DNA of 64,000 nt from Bacteroidota bacterium (GTDB lineage: Bacteria > Bacteroidota > Bacteroidia > AKYH767-A > 2013-40CM-41-45), in NCBI GenBank assembly GCA_031385005.1, contig JANNBB010000064.1, positions 17,459 through 81,458 of the forward strand, read 5' to 3'. Made by a program: the position numbers and the translations under genes. The notes under the pieces were generated by a model. The model was not told where the DNA came from and did not search any database. It worked only from the letters and a program-made list of their open reading frames with translations. Positions 7,781 to 17,025 of this stretch are shown here, piece by piece; position 1 is the stretch's first letter, and every line of letters starts with the position of its first letter.

Positions 7781-10684
7781 TTATTTTAGAACTGTAATTT
7801 TAGCTGAGGAATTATAATTTCCATCTATAAAAAATGAAAACGTATATATTCCCTGATTTAATTTTGAAATATCTACCTTATTGTCTTTAAGAGAAGCTTC
7901 CAAAACAGGTTTCCCCATAAAATCATAGACGATAAGTTTAATTTCACTTTTATCTTCAATATTGTGATAAACAATTAACTTATCTACCACTGGATTCGGA
8001 TATATACTGAAACGTATATCGGCAACTGATTTATCAGTACGGTGACCAATGCGCAAATTTCTCTCTACATCAAAAACCTCTTCATCTAAAATATGGCGTG
8101 CAGTGAAGACTCCGCTGCCTCCTTCCCAGGCACTTGTCCAGGCAATAGTTTGCAGCTCTTCAGTCTCCGCTTCCGTGATTATTGCATCCGGATCTACTAA
8201 AAGCCGCAATGCAATGGCCTTAGTAAAATGTTTGTTGTGCTCAATTACATTATCATCTACGATTAAGTTGAGTAAGGCAATTGCATCGGCTATATTTTCA
8301 TTGTCAACATAATCATCTACTTGCCGGAAGTATTCCCTATTAGTATTTTCCTGCTCGGAAAGAAATTGTATAAATTCATTTTCACTGGCTATTAATGCAG
8401 CATCTTCCATAAGAGTCCTGTAGGCATATTCTTCATTGTTATAGCGCTCTTCATCGGGATAGTTAGGATATGTTATGTTGTTTGATACAATATCCAAAAG
8501 ATGTTCAAGAGTAGCATTATTGCTGCCTCCGCTACCACCTTGACAGGAAATGCCATTGAAGTTTGGGAGGGGATGTGCATAAATAATTTGTGGATCAACG
8601 GGCTCAGGGCTAAAACTATTTACAAAACCCGGAGAATTGGGATTACCTCGATAATACCAATCAATAGGTGGAGCAACCCCATCCACCCTATTATAAGTAT
8701 TGTTAGTAGGCGTAGGAAACCCATCCCATGTATTGTCCCAGGGATCGGAAGCGCTGCCTTGATTAGACATGGAAGCATTGGCAAGTGAAATACCCTGAAT
8801 ACAATTATTCATGGAATTGCAACGCAGTTGAGTGCCGCCATTCGAACTTACATACCTCATGGATGTGCCATACTTTTGGAAGTAATTGGCGGCAATAATG
8901 GAATTGGTGCAATTGACATTGTTCATTCCATACATTTTTGTCTGGAAGTTGGGTGAGGTAGATAAAGGAAGATAGCGGGTAATCCAGTTGCTTTCAACAA
9001 CGGCATTATTTACATTGCTCAAAAACATTCCGAAGTGCGTTCCGGTAAGCAAGTTTTCCGGTATAGTAGAGTTAATGGAATTGAATGCTACATGAAAATC
9101 GGGAGTTATCAGGTTGCTGCCGCTGATGTTGGAGAGATAAATTCCGATGCGGTTATTGTCAATCGTATTGTGCATGATTTCGAGATTCTGTCGAAACTGT
9201 CCGGAATTACTTATTAAAATACCGGTGGAATTAAAGGCAATGGAATTGGAAACTATTTTATGATCGATAATATGATTTTGATTGACTTTTATGGTATTGT
9301 TATTGGCATCGAGCAGCATGATTGCACGACCGGAAGGTTTGGTAGTTGACCCCAGATCATTATGCGTGAAAACATTGTAAAGGATGTTGCTGTTAATATT
9401 ACCTTGACTTCTAACACCAAAATAACAATCCGTAAATTCATTGTGTAAATTCAATTGGTTTGGAATATCGTCGCCACCAACATTCAGTTGTTTAGTACTT
9501 ATTCCCGGTTTAACCAAAGAAGAAATAGCAGCGGTTTTACAGCTTTTATAGTAGCAAGACGTTGCAGGTTGAATATTGTTAAACCGGACGTTGAATACAT
9601 CTATCTGACTGTTGACGCCATAAATTCCAAAAGGCATGTTTCTGATGATACATGAAACACCGGGATTTTCATCGAAGGGGATGGATTTTAAGCCGTTAGT
9701 TGGACTTTGAACAAGATCGTTATAGTACATGGCGGCGAATGGTTTTTGAAAAGCAGGAATACCCCTTTGACCGTTGAAGACAGGCAATGTCATAGGACTT
9801 TGTGAATCAAATACACAATTACGAAAAGTAGAAGGATCGGGACCTAGATTTTGAAATCTGTTTGGTGCTGAACTTAAAATGTGTTGAGTATAAATTGAAA
9901 TATAGTTATTATTAAAGTTGGTTTCATAACAGGTGAGAGCAACATCGCAGCCATCCCATTTGATAGCATATTCAGCATCTTCTATTGTAGAATTAGCAAA
10001 ATAAAGTTTTGTATCCGTAGAAGTGATTATGCCTCGCCACATTCCGCAAGGCGTGCCTAAAAAATGTGTATTTTCTTGTGCAACAAAATCGCCAAGTGAA
10101 CTTGAAGGAATACTGCTATGTCCATGTGGGGTGTATATTACAGCTCCGCTGCCCATATACAAAGTACAATTCTTAAAAGTTACACGAGTTGTGTTTAAGT
10201 TTAACATTCCTTGGATAAAATATGTTCCACCATTTACTAATACCTGTTTGGTCGCAAGATTTAATGAACACGAAGTTGGAACTCCGGGAATTAAAAAAGC
10301 ATCATAAACTTTTTGCGCACCTGTAATTGTCCCAATTTCATCATCTAAATCTCTGACAGAATGTGCACCGGAAGGGGGAGTACAACAGGCCTGAGGCCAT
10401 AAGGTGTCTGAGAAAATATTGGATGAATTCACATCCGTGTATGAATATAAAAGATAGGCATGCTGTGAAACTGCATTCGAATTCCACTGTACTTCGGCAT
10501 TATCATCAAGTGGGTTAATTACGGTTCCGGCAGATGAAGGCACAACTGTCCAGGTTACATTGCTTACTGGATTTGGTAGCCATACATGATATTTGTGTTG
10601 CGTTATTCCGGATCCACAAACAAGTAAAGGACCTCTGACTTTTGCAAAATCACAATCAGGTATTTGCCCATTGATATTATTCAC
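7781..10684 (-). CDS. Large T9SS type A cargo with parallel beta-helix-like Asn-rich repeats. The natural ATG (10773) is currently out of frame, so this ORF is the phase-OFF remainder.
   Basis: CTD IYPNPVVD...KITVLK. The track start is a GTG with no signal peptide after it. The signal-peptide h-region LLFLSFLFV lies in frame immediately upstream. Confidence 0.85.
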   Translation of the reverse strand: MNNINGQIPDCDFAKVRGPLLVCGSGITQHKYHVWLPNPVSNVTWTVVPSSAGTVINPLDDNAEVQWNSNAVSQHAYLLYSYTDVNSSNIFSDTLWPQACCTPPSGAHSVRDLDDEIGTITGAQKVYDAFLIPGVPTSCSLNLATKQVLVNGGTYFIQGMLNLNTTRVTFKNCTLYMGSGAVIYTPHGHSSIPSSSLGDFVAQENTHFLGTPCGMWRGIITSTDTKLYFANSTIEDAEYAIKWDGCDVALTCYETNFNNNYISIYTQHILSSAPNRFQNLGPDPSTFRNCVFDSQSPMTLPVFNGQRGIPAFQKPFAAMYYNDLVQSPTNGLKSIPFDENPGVSCIIRNMPFGIYGVNSQIDVFNVRFNNIQPATSCYYKSCKTAAISSLVKPGISTKQLNVGGDDIPNQLNLHNEFTDCYFGVRSQGNINSNILYNVFTHNDLGSTTKPSGRAIMLLDANNNTIKVNQNHIIDHKIVSNSIAFNSTGILISNSGQFRQNLEIMHNTIDNNRIGIYLSNISGSNLITPDFHVAFNSINSTIPENLLTGTHFGMFLSNVNNAVVESNWITRYLPLSTSPNFQTKMYGMNNVNCTNSIIAANYFQKYGTSMRYVSSNGGTQLRCNSMNNCIQGISLANASMSNQGSASDPWDNTWDGFPTPTNNTYNRVDGVAPPIDWYYRGNPNSPGFVNSFSPEPVDPQIIYAHPLPNFNGISCQGGSGGSNNATLEHLLDIVSNNITYPNYPDEERYNNEEYAYRTLMEDAALIASENEFIQFLSEQENTNREYFRQVDDYVDNENIADAIALLNLIVDDNVIEHNKHFTKAIALRLLVDPDAIITEAETEELQTIAWTSAWEGGSGVFTARHILDEEVFDVERNLRIGHRTDKSVADIRFSIYPNPVVDKLIVYHNIEDKSEIKLIVYDFMGKPVLEASLKDNKVDISKLNQGIYTFSFFIDGNYNSSAKITVLK

Positions 10685-10708
10685 AAATAAAAAGCTCAGG
10701 AATAAAAG

Positions 10709-10760
10709 TTTGAGTTTGAGTTTGAGTGAGTGAGTGAGTGAGTGAGTGAGTGAGTGAGTG
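10709..10760 (-). repeat. Simple sequence repeat: (ACTC)9 followed by three AAACTC-type hexamers, within the signal-peptide coding region
   Basis: Plus strand reads TTTGAG x3 (10709-10726) overlapping GAGT x9 (10724-10759), 11 nt from the ATG at 10773. Confidence 0.97.
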
Positions 10761-10927
10761 TTGCGTTTTTCATATGAATTAATTTTTGGGGTTAGAAAAA
10801 TATTTAAATAAAAAATTAAAATTATATTTTAACTAGGGTAATTTATCAGAAGAAAAAGAACAGTTACTTTCCGCTTTGCAAGCGTATTAAATTGTCAAAC
10901 CAAAAGAGTTTTAAAGAAATTTTATAT

Positions 10928-10935
10928 CAAATATA
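10928..10935 (-). promoter_or_regulatory. Bacteroidota -7 promoter box (TATATTTG) upstream of the SSR-containing gene
   Basis: Matches TAnnTTTG. Candidate -33 TTTG boxes lie 18 and 22 nt upstream (10954-57, 10958-61). Confidence 0.5.
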
Positions 10936-11005
10936 ATAATTCTAATGAATTAACAAACAAAAACTTTTGTCAAGAAAAATAAATAGTCAAAAATTATAAA
11001 TTTTG

Positions 11006-11030
11006 AAAAAATCCTCCATTATTCGAGGAT
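11006..11030 (-). terminator. Putative intrinsic terminator of the FN3/T9SS gene
   Basis: Minus strand ATCCTC-loop-GAGGAT followed by a T run, just after the stop at 11039. Confidence 0.5.
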
Positions 11031-11038
11031 GATTTTCA

Positions 11039-12847
11039 TCAATTTCCCACCACCAACCTCAATCGAGAAACATCACCCTCTGCCGTGAGTTCCACAATAT
11101 AGGTTCCGGTGGCAAAACGGTTTACGTCAATTTCGAAATTGTTTTTTCCTTCTGAAGTTTGAAATTTTTTATTCCAAACAATTCTTCCTGAAATATCAAC
11201 AATGCGAATAAGCGCATTTCCTTTTTCTTTAGCGGAAAAAATCAAATCCGTTTTTTCTGTAGCAGGGTTGGGGAAAATAATTGCTTCGATGTCTGTTTGT
11301 AAATTTGGATTAGCCAATTTAACGGGCGTACTAAATGTATTGGATGGCGAATAAGAGGAAGGTGCTCCGCTACAAAGTGAACGAACTTGCCATTGATAGG
11401 TTGTCACAGGAGTAAGTCCTGTCAGTGTAGTGCTGTTAAGTGTTCCCACAATTTTTTTCCAGAAATAATTCGTTGTTCCGTTAACGGAATAACGAATCAG
11501 GAAACTGTCGGCGCTAACCATATTGGTCCAGCTAACCGTCGCGCTTGCATTATTGATTGGAGAACTTGTGAGTCCGTATGGAATGCCACATAAGACGGGA
11601 GAATTGGTAGTGGTAAAAGTATTGGAAACGGAATAACCGGAACCGACACCGAGACAAACGGAGCTCACCTGATATTGATAGGTAACATTCGCTAACAGTC
11701 CGGTTATTGTTGCAGAATTTCCGGATAGTCCGGGTGAGTTAAAATACAGGTAATTTGTTGTACCGTTGACAGAATAACGAATGCGAAATGTATCCGCGGT
11801 AACATTAGGAGTCCAGTTAATTGTCGCACTCGAATTGGTAATGCCGGTTGCACTTAATCCAAAAGGCAGGGCACAGGCGACGGGCCCGGAAGCTGTAGTA
11901 AACTGCATGGCCGGACTGTATCCGTTTCCAACACCGAGACAAACAGAACTTATCTGCATCACATAGGTTGTACCCGGATTTAAGTTGCTCAATGTAGCGA
12001 GGTGGGGAGAAAGTCCGTTAATATTTACGTATTTAAAATTGGAAGTGCCAAACTCATAGTAGCGGATACGAAAAGTATCGGCGGTAACGAAATTCGACCA
12101 GCTGATAGCGGCAGTGGTATTGGTTAGTGTTCCGACAGCAATACCGAATGGAATTACACAATTAAGTGGAGTTGCCAGCGTGGTAAAGGTGACCAAAGGA
12201 ATGCTATACGTACTGCTAATACCGAGGCATATTGTGCTAACGTCTACGTCGTATGAAATACCTGCTCCGAGATTGGTGATGATGGTAGAGTCGTCTCCCG
12301 TAGATCCGTTAACATCTTTGTAAAAATAATTTGTTGTTCCACTTAGTCGGTATCGAACACGGAAAGTATCGGCAGTAAGTGATGGATCCCAACGAATAAT
12401 TTCTGATGAACCGGTGTTTAAGTCGGCAACGATATTGAATGGAACCGGACAACTTCCCACGGCAGGAACAAGAAATCCATTTGCTAAAACATTGTCAATT
12501 GGATTATTTAAAAGATCGTAAGTGATAACATGAACATCATACCAACCGAGAATGGCATTTAAAGGAATGGTAAATGCCGCAGAAAGGGAATCTGTATAAG
12601 GAGCAAAGCCGGGATAAACCTGTGCGGAGGAAAATGCATTTGTATAAATGCGATTACCATTTTGTTCGAGGTAAACATCCGTTGCGGCGGCAGGTGGATT
12701 TCCTGCCTGCATGATAGTGGGAGCAAGGGTTATTGTAGCTGTAAATGTTTGGTTAGGGTAAGAAGAAACAGGGCTTATAGAGATCACCTGTGCTTGTAAC
12801 CCGAAACCGAATAAAAGCAATGCGAATAGTTGTATTGAAAATTTCAT
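11039..12847 (-). CDS. T9SS type A cargo with four fibronectin type III repeats
   Basis: Signal peptide LQA-Q, four repeats C..P....W......DTFR.RY...GT.N..Y.......L..L.....Y...VS..C, and CTD IFPNPATE...RLVVGN. Confidence 0.9.
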   Translation of the reverse strand: MKFSIQLFALLLFGFGLQAQVISISPVSSYPNQTFTATITLAPTIMQAGNPPAAATDVYLEQNGNRIYTNAFSSAQVYPGFAPYTDSLSAAFTIPLNAILGWYDVHVITYDLLNNPIDNVLANGFLVPAVGSCPVPFNIVADLNTGSSEIIRWDPSLTADTFRVRYRLSGTTNYFYKDVNGSTGDDSTIITNLGAGISYDVDVSTICLGISSTYSIPLVTFTTLATPLNCVIPFGIAVGTLTNTTAAISWSNFVTADTFRIRYYEFGTSNFKYVNINGLSPHLATLSNLNPGTTYVMQISSVCLGVGNGYSPAMQFTTASGPVACALPFGLSATGITNSSATINWTPNVTADTFRIRYSVNGTTNYLYFNSPGLSGNSATITGLLANVTYQYQVSSVCLGVGSGYSVSNTFTTTNSPVLCGIPYGLTSSPINNASATVSWTNMVSADSFLIRYSVNGTTNYFWKKIVGTLNSTTLTGLTPVTTYQWQVRSLCSGAPSSYSPSNTFSTPVKLANPNLQTDIEAIIFPNPATEKTDLIFSAKEKGNALIRIVDISGRIVWNKKFQTSEGKNNFEIDVNRFATGTYIVELTAEGDVSRLRLVVGN

Positions 12848-13081
12848 AAGGAAGATTATAAGTACCGAAAATACTACTATTTCCCTGATTTTTAAAAGGT
12901 GTGATGGAATTTTTTAAAGTAATTTGAATATTTATTAAATGTCTGAAAAGCTGAGGTTTTTGGAGGATTTGCAATGGATTATGCTGTTGATTGGTTAGTA
13001 AGTCAAGGGCGGGAGAGGGATTAAAATAATATTAATACCGTTCTTTACGTTCATCGTAACACGGATTTTGATAAAATAAAT

Positions 13082-14482
13082 ATGCTGACGAAACTGAAAA
13101 ACATTGTCCTTTTATTATTGATAAGTAACTCCCTTTCCGCTCAGGAAATGTGGGGAATAAGCAATAGTAATTTCAGTGGAAACATGGGCATTTTTCTAAA
13201 TCCGACGACAGTAGTCGGTGCTCCTTATCAGTATGAAATCAATCTGGCCGCATTCGATTTGTTTGCAGAAAACGATAACATCTATTTTTTGCAAAGCGAT
13301 AAGATGATCTATCATACGCTTATCGGATATGCGCGCGACGGAAAAAATTTCTACACAAGAAATTCGGGGTTGAACAATTCATTCGGACATACGCTGATAA
13401 TCGGACCATCCTATCTCCGCAATAAAACAACATCGGCATGGGGAATACATTCGGCTTTGCGTTCGGAGGCAAGCGCGTTGAACGTAACAACGCAAACGGC
13501 TTTGTTAATTGGTAACAGGTTTAATGCACCCATACTCAGAGGAGATACAATTACAACAGATCCGTATTCTTCCGCCTATGCATCCTGGATAGAAATCGGA
13601 ATGACGTATGGAAAAATTTTGCGGGAAAGTGAATATCATATTATCAAATGGGCGGCCAATGTAAATCTGCTGGGCGGCATGAATGGTTTTTATCTAAATG
13701 GCCGCAACCTGAAGTTTACATCTTTTGATTCTACGCAGCTCATCGTTCATTCGATGGATCAAACATCGGCACATGCGATTCGTCCGGAAGGTGGTTCCAT
13801 TTTCGGATTTCGCGGATTGGGTTTAAGTACAACGCTTGGTGTAACGTATATCAACCATCCCAATCGCGGCGCTTTTGATTGCAACATGAGTAATGATAAG
13901 CAACGAAAATACAAATACCGCCTCGGCGCTTCTTTGCTGGATCTGGGAACGATTTATTATTTTAACCAGGCCGAAGTGGTGAATATAAAAACAACTGATG
14001 AGAGAGTGTGGAATGGCATTGACTCTTTAGGATTTTCTACTTTTCAACAAATCGACTCCCAGCTTATTCGAAACGTTGGAGGAACGAGAGAGAAGAAAAA
14101 TTTCAACATCTGGTTACCGATGGGACTCAGTCTGCAATTCGATTATCAGATAAGGCCGAACCTCTTTGCCAATTTATCCTGGGTCAACAGAGTTCACTTT
14201 GCAGCGAATGAAATTGCACGCGGCAATCAACTCAATGCATCTGTCCGCTATGAGAGGAGAAGGTATGAGGCCAATCTGAATTTTTCTTTTTTTGAATACA
14301 AGCAACCATCGATGGGAGTTGCATTACGTTACAGGTTTTTAGTAATCGGCTCCGATCGCTTGTTGGAGACGCTTGGGTTAACAGAAGAAAAAAGTTTCGA
14401 TGTTTTCTTTGGTCTTAAATTTCAATTCTGTAAACGGCCATTTAGTCCGGGACCGGATTGTCCGGCTTATTTGAATAATTAG
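13082..14482 (+). CDS. Outer-membrane protein, DUF5723-like
   Basis: Signal peptide LSA-Q, SNFSG..GIFLNP N-terminal motif, amphipathic beta strands and LGASLLDLG.I. Confidence 0.65.
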   Translation: MLTKLKNIVLLLLISNSLSAQEMWGISNSNFSGNMGIFLNPTTVVGAPYQYEINLAAFDLFAENDNIYFLQSDKMIYHTLIGYARDGKNFYTRNSGLNNSFGHTLIIGPSYLRNKTTSAWGIHSALRSEASALNVTTQTALLIGNRFNAPILRGDTITTDPYSSAYASWIEIGMTYGKILRESEYHIIKWAANVNLLGGMNGFYLNGRNLKFTSFDSTQLIVHSMDQTSAHAIRPEGGSIFGFRGLGLSTTLGVTYINHPNRGAFDCNMSNDKQRKYKYRLGASLLDLGTIYYFNQAEVVNIKTTDERVWNGIDSLGFSTFQQIDSQLIRNVGGTREKKNFNIWLPMGLSLQFDYQIRPNLFANLSWVNRVHFAANEIARGNQLNASVRYERRRYEANLNFSFFEYKQPSMGVALRYRFLVIGSDRLLETLGLTEEKSFDVFFGLKFQFCKRPFSPGPDCPAYLNN

Positions 14483-14528
14483 TTTTAAAAGTTGTTTGCA
14501 TTGTTGTTTTTAAAGCAACGATTTTTTT

Positions 14529-14634
14529 AACCATGGACACGGAGATCACGTAGTTGCACAGAGAACGCAATTGAAAATTTAACAAGTTGAATTTATTCAA
14601 CCTCCGTAATGCTCTGTGCTCCGTGTCTCGTGTT
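14529..14634. repeat. Nested palindromic repeat (family A-related, CACGGAG/CACAGAG words)
   Basis: GACACGGAG (14536-44) pairs with CTCCGTGTC (14619-27), GCACAGAG pairs with CTCTGTGC, and there is an inner GTTGAA/TTCAAC hairpin. Confidence 0.6.
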
Positions 14635-14760
14635 AATTTTTAATAAACTCGAAGGCACTGAAATCCAGAAAAGATTTAATATTTCGATTGAAAAATCAAC
14701 GCACTTCAAAGCCGAATTTATTACTTCTTAAATCAAATTTGCAATATCAAACAATTCTAA

Positions 14761-14768
14761 TATTTTTG
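14761..14768 (+). promoter_or_regulatory. -7 promoter box TATTTTTG
   Basis: TAnnTTTG 19 nt before the ATG at 14788. Confidence 0.45.
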
Positions 14769-14787
14769 CATGTAAAGAAAACCAACC

Positions 14788-15192
14788 ATGAAAAATGCAT
14801 TAGCTGTTGTTGCAGGATTGCTTGCCGCATTTGTTGTATTTGCTGCCATAGAAGGATTAAGAAGCATCCTTCATCCGTCTCCTCCCGGCCTGGACATGAA
14901 AAATCCGGAGATGATGAAAGAATATATAGCCACATTGCCTCTGTCAGCAAAAATAATGGTATTGGCGGCCTATTTAATTGGTTCTTTGGTTGCAGGAATG
15001 GTCGTTGCCAAAGTCTCCAAATCTTCTGATAAAAAATTACCGATCATTACCGGATCCATTCTCACCGTAGCTGCAATCGTAAATCTCTATATGATTCCTT
15101 CGCCAATCTGGTTTGTTGTAATCAATTTGCTGATTTATATTCCTTTTGTTTTATTGGGGCATTCGAAAATTATCAAGAGGAATGACAATTAA
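14788..15192 (+). CDS. Hypothetical integral membrane protein (about 4 TM)
   Basis: 134 aa with four hydrophobic segments. Confidence 0.75.
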   Translation: MKNALAVVAGLLAAFVVFAAIEGLRSILHPSPPGLDMKNPEMMKEYIATLPLSAKIMVLAAYLIGSLVAGMVVAKVSKSSDKKLPIITGSILTVAAIVNLYMIPSPIWFVVINLLIYIPFVLLGHSKIIKRNDN

Positions 15193-15240
15193 TTTTACCT
15201 TGGCATTAATAGAAACATAAGTATTCAATACTTAAATGAA

Positions 15241-15888
15241 ATGTTGAAACAATTGCGTTATTTAATGATTTGCCTTTTTTTTGTTTCATGTACTAAAACA
15301 ATTGATGATGTTCATTTTCACGGTAAAATTACTTTAGATTGCAATAATCAGTTACCTGCAAAAAATGTTACAGTAACAATTTACAGGTATTTTGATAGAG
15401 GACTTCATGATGCTGTTTTAATTGGAAAAACTACAACAGATAACAATGGTAATTATTTCATGATTACTGATGTTGAACAAAAAGGGAAATTTGAGTATTA
15501 CGGTTTAAATGTCTTTGCACCGGGGACAATAATTTATCCTGAATATTTTTGTTATGCTCAAACTTATGTTAATTCAACCAATATAGAAATGAATTGCCAA
15601 GCTAAACCTTTAAAAGTATTTGGATTTCACATAAAAAACGCATCACCATTTAATACTTTTGACGTTTTTAATTCTTTAATTATTTATCGGGAATCTACCT
15701 TTTATGTTGACACGGTTTTACATAATATTTTTGGGACTAATGTTGATACAACACTTTATTTATCACGTCAATCTCCTCTCAAGTTTAAATATTCATTTAC
15801 GAAAAACAGCATCCTCACATCAACCCCGGATACCACAATTTCAAATTGGGGTTGTCTTGATACATTAATTGTAAATTTACTTTATTAG
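15241..15888 (+). CDS. Hypothetical lipoprotein
   Basis: Lipobox FVS-C at residue 17, followed by beta-rich sequence. Confidence 0.7.
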   Translation: MLKQLRYLMICLFFVSCTKTIDDVHFHGKITLDCNNQLPAKNVTVTIYRYFDRGLHDAVLIGKTTTDNNGNYFMITDVEQKGKFEYYGLNVFAPGTIIYPEYFCYAQTYVNSTNIEMNCQAKPLKVFGFHIKNASPFNTFDVFNSLIIYRESTFYVDTVLHNIFGTNVDTTLYLSRQSPLKFKYSFTKNSILTSTPDTTISNWGCLDTLIVNLLY

Positions 15889-15978
15889 TTACTTTTTGAA
15901 TAGAGAATTTCGTTCTTATTTATTCTAATTATCCGGAATCGTTTTCTTACCTTTAAAGGAGATATATACCATACAACC

Positions 15979-17004
15979 ATGAAAAGAAAAGATTTTTTAA
16001 AAGGCATTGGCATCGCCGGAATTGGAACAATGATTCCCGTTCGTAAAGCTGATGCAGCAATAAATGCAATATCAAAGTCGCAGGTGCCTTCCAATGTTTG
16101 TATTTTGATTCCACAGGAAACTGCAGGACCTTTCCCTTTTAATCTAAGCAATAATCCTGCAATGTTCAGACAAGATATTACCGAGGGAAATGCCGGTACG
16201 CCTCTGAACCTGACTCTTACCGTTGTCAACATCAACGACAATTGTAATCCTATCACAAATGCAAGGGTAGACATTTGGCATTGTGATAAAGATGGGTACT
16301 ATTCTGAATTCAATACCTCAAGCTGGCTGGGGCCACAGAACCATGTCGGCGATACTTTTTTTCGTGGAATCCAATTAACCGATTTAAACGGACAAGCATT
16401 TTTTACAACGATCTATCCGGGTTGGTATCCCGGTCGTGCCGTACACATACATTTCCAGGTTTTTCTGAATTCTGTTCTTAGTGCTACCTCACAACTGGCA
16501 TTCCCCGACAGCACCAATGTAGCCATAAACAATACACCGCTTTATTCTCCACACGGACAAAATCCAACAACCAATTCGCAGGACAATGTCTTCAGCGATA
16601 TGAATAATACACAATACCAAATAGTGACAATAGCTCCGAATGCATCGGGAGGGTATGATGCGGAATTAACTATCGGACTCAATGTTCCGGTAACGGGAAT
16701 AATAAATCTTGAGCCGGAGACGGGCGGACAATTTAAGTTGCAACAAAACTTTCCGAATCCTGTGGCGGGTTCAACAACAATTCCTTTTACTTTGAAAAAT
16801 CCTTCTGACGTAACCATAGAAATTTTCGACATGAATGGGAAAAAGAAATTGGTTGTTACCAAAGGAAAGTTGCCTGCCGGAGATCAAAAAGTATTGCTCG
16901 ATTTAAAAATGAATAGCCTGTCCGCAGGAAATTATTTATATCAACTCACTGTCGAAAACGAAGCAGGTGCTTATAGTCAGTTTAAAGTATTGACGGTTAA
17001 ATAA
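15979..17004 (+). CDS. Intradiol ring-cleavage dioxygenase family protein with Tat-like signal and T9SS CTD
   Basis: ETAGPFP, VDIWHCD..GYYS, FRGIQLTD..G...FTTIYPGWYPGRAVHIHF (Tyr/Tyr/His/His iron ligands), N-terminal KRKDFLK and C-terminal QNFPNP...KVLTVK. Confidence 0.9.
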   Translation: MKRKDFLKGIGIAGIGTMIPVRKADAAINAISKSQVPSNVCILIPQETAGPFPFNLSNNPAMFRQDITEGNAGTPLNLTLTVVNINDNCNPITNARVDIWHCDKDGYYSEFNTSSWLGPQNHVGDTFFRGIQLTDLNGQAFFTTIYPGWYPGRAVHIHFQVFLNSVLSATSQLAFPDSTNVAINNTPLYSPHGQNPTTNSQDNVFSDMNNTQYQIVTIAPNASGGYDAELTIGLNVPVTGIINLEPETGGQFKLQQNFPNPVAGSTTIPFTLKNPSDVTIEIFDMNGKKKLVVTKGKLPAGDQKVLLDLKMNSLSAGNYLYQLTVENEAGAYSQFKVLTVK

Positions 17005-17025
17005 ATTTTTGTTGTATAAACTTAG

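Noticed and set aside
6227-7861. Diversity-generating retroelement TR/VR pair (near-identical 3' ends, plus an Avd-like four-helix-bundle gene elsewhere in the window)
   Set aside because: On the coding strand the seven differences are T/C, T/A, C/T, A/G, G/A, T/A and C/T, so they are not adenine-specific. Both copies are coding, and no reverse transcriptase is in the window.
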